Part shown: piece by piece, positions 62,331 to 64,000 of the stretch
How the letters are laid out: each line of letters begins with the position of its first letter
How positions within the stretch are numbered: the stretch's first letter is position 1
Source: Iphione sp. A-MEVVRFRX5
Taxonomy: Eukaryota
Direction: 5' to 3'
Length of the DNA: 64,000 nucleotides
Assembly (NCBI GenBank): GCA_976226885.1
Contig: OZ320313.1
Span: forward strand, 61,256,001-61,320,000
Translations under genes and position numbers: made by a program
The notes under the pieces: generated by a model
Database searches by the model: none
What the model was told of the DNA's origin: nothing
The model's input: only the letters and a program-made list of their open reading frames with translations

Positions 62331-64000
62331 TCATTCTGCCAGCACCAGGCAATGTATGCACACAAATATGGATCAGTGGCACATGACATCAGGTATGCAG
62401 ATTCAAGTACATCACCGCAAGCAAAGTTAAATGCAGTTGAAGGTATGAATCACAGCCAATGACATCTAGAAATGGGGGCTCCAATCTATAACTACATGAA
62501 ACAAGTAGTACATACATTTAGACCCATGCACATTCCCCTGTACCTTCCAATCAAAGCAAACTCCTCTGCTAGTGGAACTGTTGTTTGGCTAGTAGATAGC
62601 AGAAGAGCAGATACTGGCACTCAGACCCAGAACCCACAATTTGTTTAAAGTAGCAAAGAATACATCTCTGAGCCACTATCTACATGTTAATAGGCCTGTG
62701 CTGAGGTCTTCAACATAATTATGAAGGCCAAATGCCAATATCAAGCAAAACTGAAAATCTCTTCGGGCTAGCTGATCTCACAAGTGTGAAGTCATTCACC
62801 CAGACCCGAAAACCCAATAGTTGTCTGTACAGAGCTTGTCTCTGTCAGACGTATATTTGGAATCCATGAGATCAAGTGCATGATGAAAGCCAGTGAAAAT
62901 ACTATGGGAATCTGATATGCTGGATGCATACTTAGTCACAGCAATACAACAGATCCTACAGGCAGAATCAACTTAAGATAGAGTCAGTGACTAAGTCTGC
63001 TCTGGCAGAAATTAAATTGGACAATTTTTGTCTTTTTCTTTCGTTGTTACTGGATTGAAAAAACAGCAAATGTGTATGGGAATACCACTTATACTGCTTA
63101 GATTATAATGACACTGTTTTATGTTAAACCTGTAACACAACAGTGTATTGGATGTGATATTGTCTTTATTTATGCTGAAGATCGTTCCTGTGAACTTAAT
63201 GACAGCACCCACAACGGTTGGAAAGGGTTCAAATGCCGCATCTCGGACTAAAACTTTTCTACATGTACGTTTTACGAGTCTCCTTGGTAGCCCAGAATAC
63301 CAATTCTAACTTACCTACAATACTTCATTTTAGCTGATGTTCCTATCTTTGGTGACTTTACATATACAGTTCTGGCCAACCTACCATCCTTGATAGCACA
63401 GTATACCACTCTATCCGTGAACCATGTAGTCTACACTCCTACTAACACGTAAATATAACAATCTACAGCCTGTTTTACTTTTGTAAATAGGTAACATTCC
63501 AATAGCCAGCTACTACCAGGTTGTCATGTGGCACGAGGTATCGAGACACAATTGGCAAAGTTCATTCAGGCTCACCACCCAATATCAGTACTGACTTTCA
63601 ATATTTTGCAGGTGTATTTATGTTCATAAGAGTACGGTGGAGTGATACGTGGATGTGGACGAAGGCGAACGACCACAGTCTGATGTAAGGTCGATATCTT
63701 GCAATCTAGGAATTTACACACTGCAGGTGCAGAAGTGGGAAGGAGGGCTTCCTCTATGGACTTCGTGGTGCGCTAGATATAGGTTCCCGTTTAACTGTTC
63801 TACAACTATTATGCATGCATGTGTCTGGAATTCACAGATTGGAGCCGCCATTGTAATATACGATCAATGTGTATTCATGGCTTGTATATACATGCCCTTT
63901 GTATTTCAAACCAAAGTAATTCAACTGTATAATGGTCCCGATGCGGGCTCTGCATGACACCTTGAAATATGGATGATTCTCGAAACAATGCATGCAAATA

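Overview
Eukaryotic (metazoan, probably marine invertebrate - inference from ~60% AT content, TACATGTA enrichment and repeat types) intronic/intergenic DNA dominated by transposable-element debris; no host gene could be confidently identified. The centrepiece is a ~5.9 kb minus-strand non-LTR retrotransposon (CR1/L2 group; 32580-~38492) with an unusual cargo: an L1-type RRM/CTD ORF1 fused in frame to a complete NADAR (YbiA-like, ADP-ribosyl/N-glycosidase) domain, followed 51 nt later by a separate SGNH/GDSL esterase ORF, a ~950 nt spacer ending in a small hydrophobic ORF that overlaps the ORF2 start, an APE-endonuclease/reverse-transcriptase ORF2, and a 3' UTR with AATAAA and a 19-nt poly(A). 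The esterase and ORF2 each carry a single in-frame stop and no frameshift, so the copy looks young; the ORF1 N-terminus appears to be missing. The rest of the window holds at least five older LINE ORF2 remnants, a solo LTR with a perfect 4-bp TSD plus other LTR-like blocks, a tRNA-derived SINE, a 961-bp insert with an 11-bp TSD, minisatellites, a duplicated composite repeat and a few low-confidence splice-site-bounded exon candidates. All domain calls come from motif recognition by eye; no database search was run.
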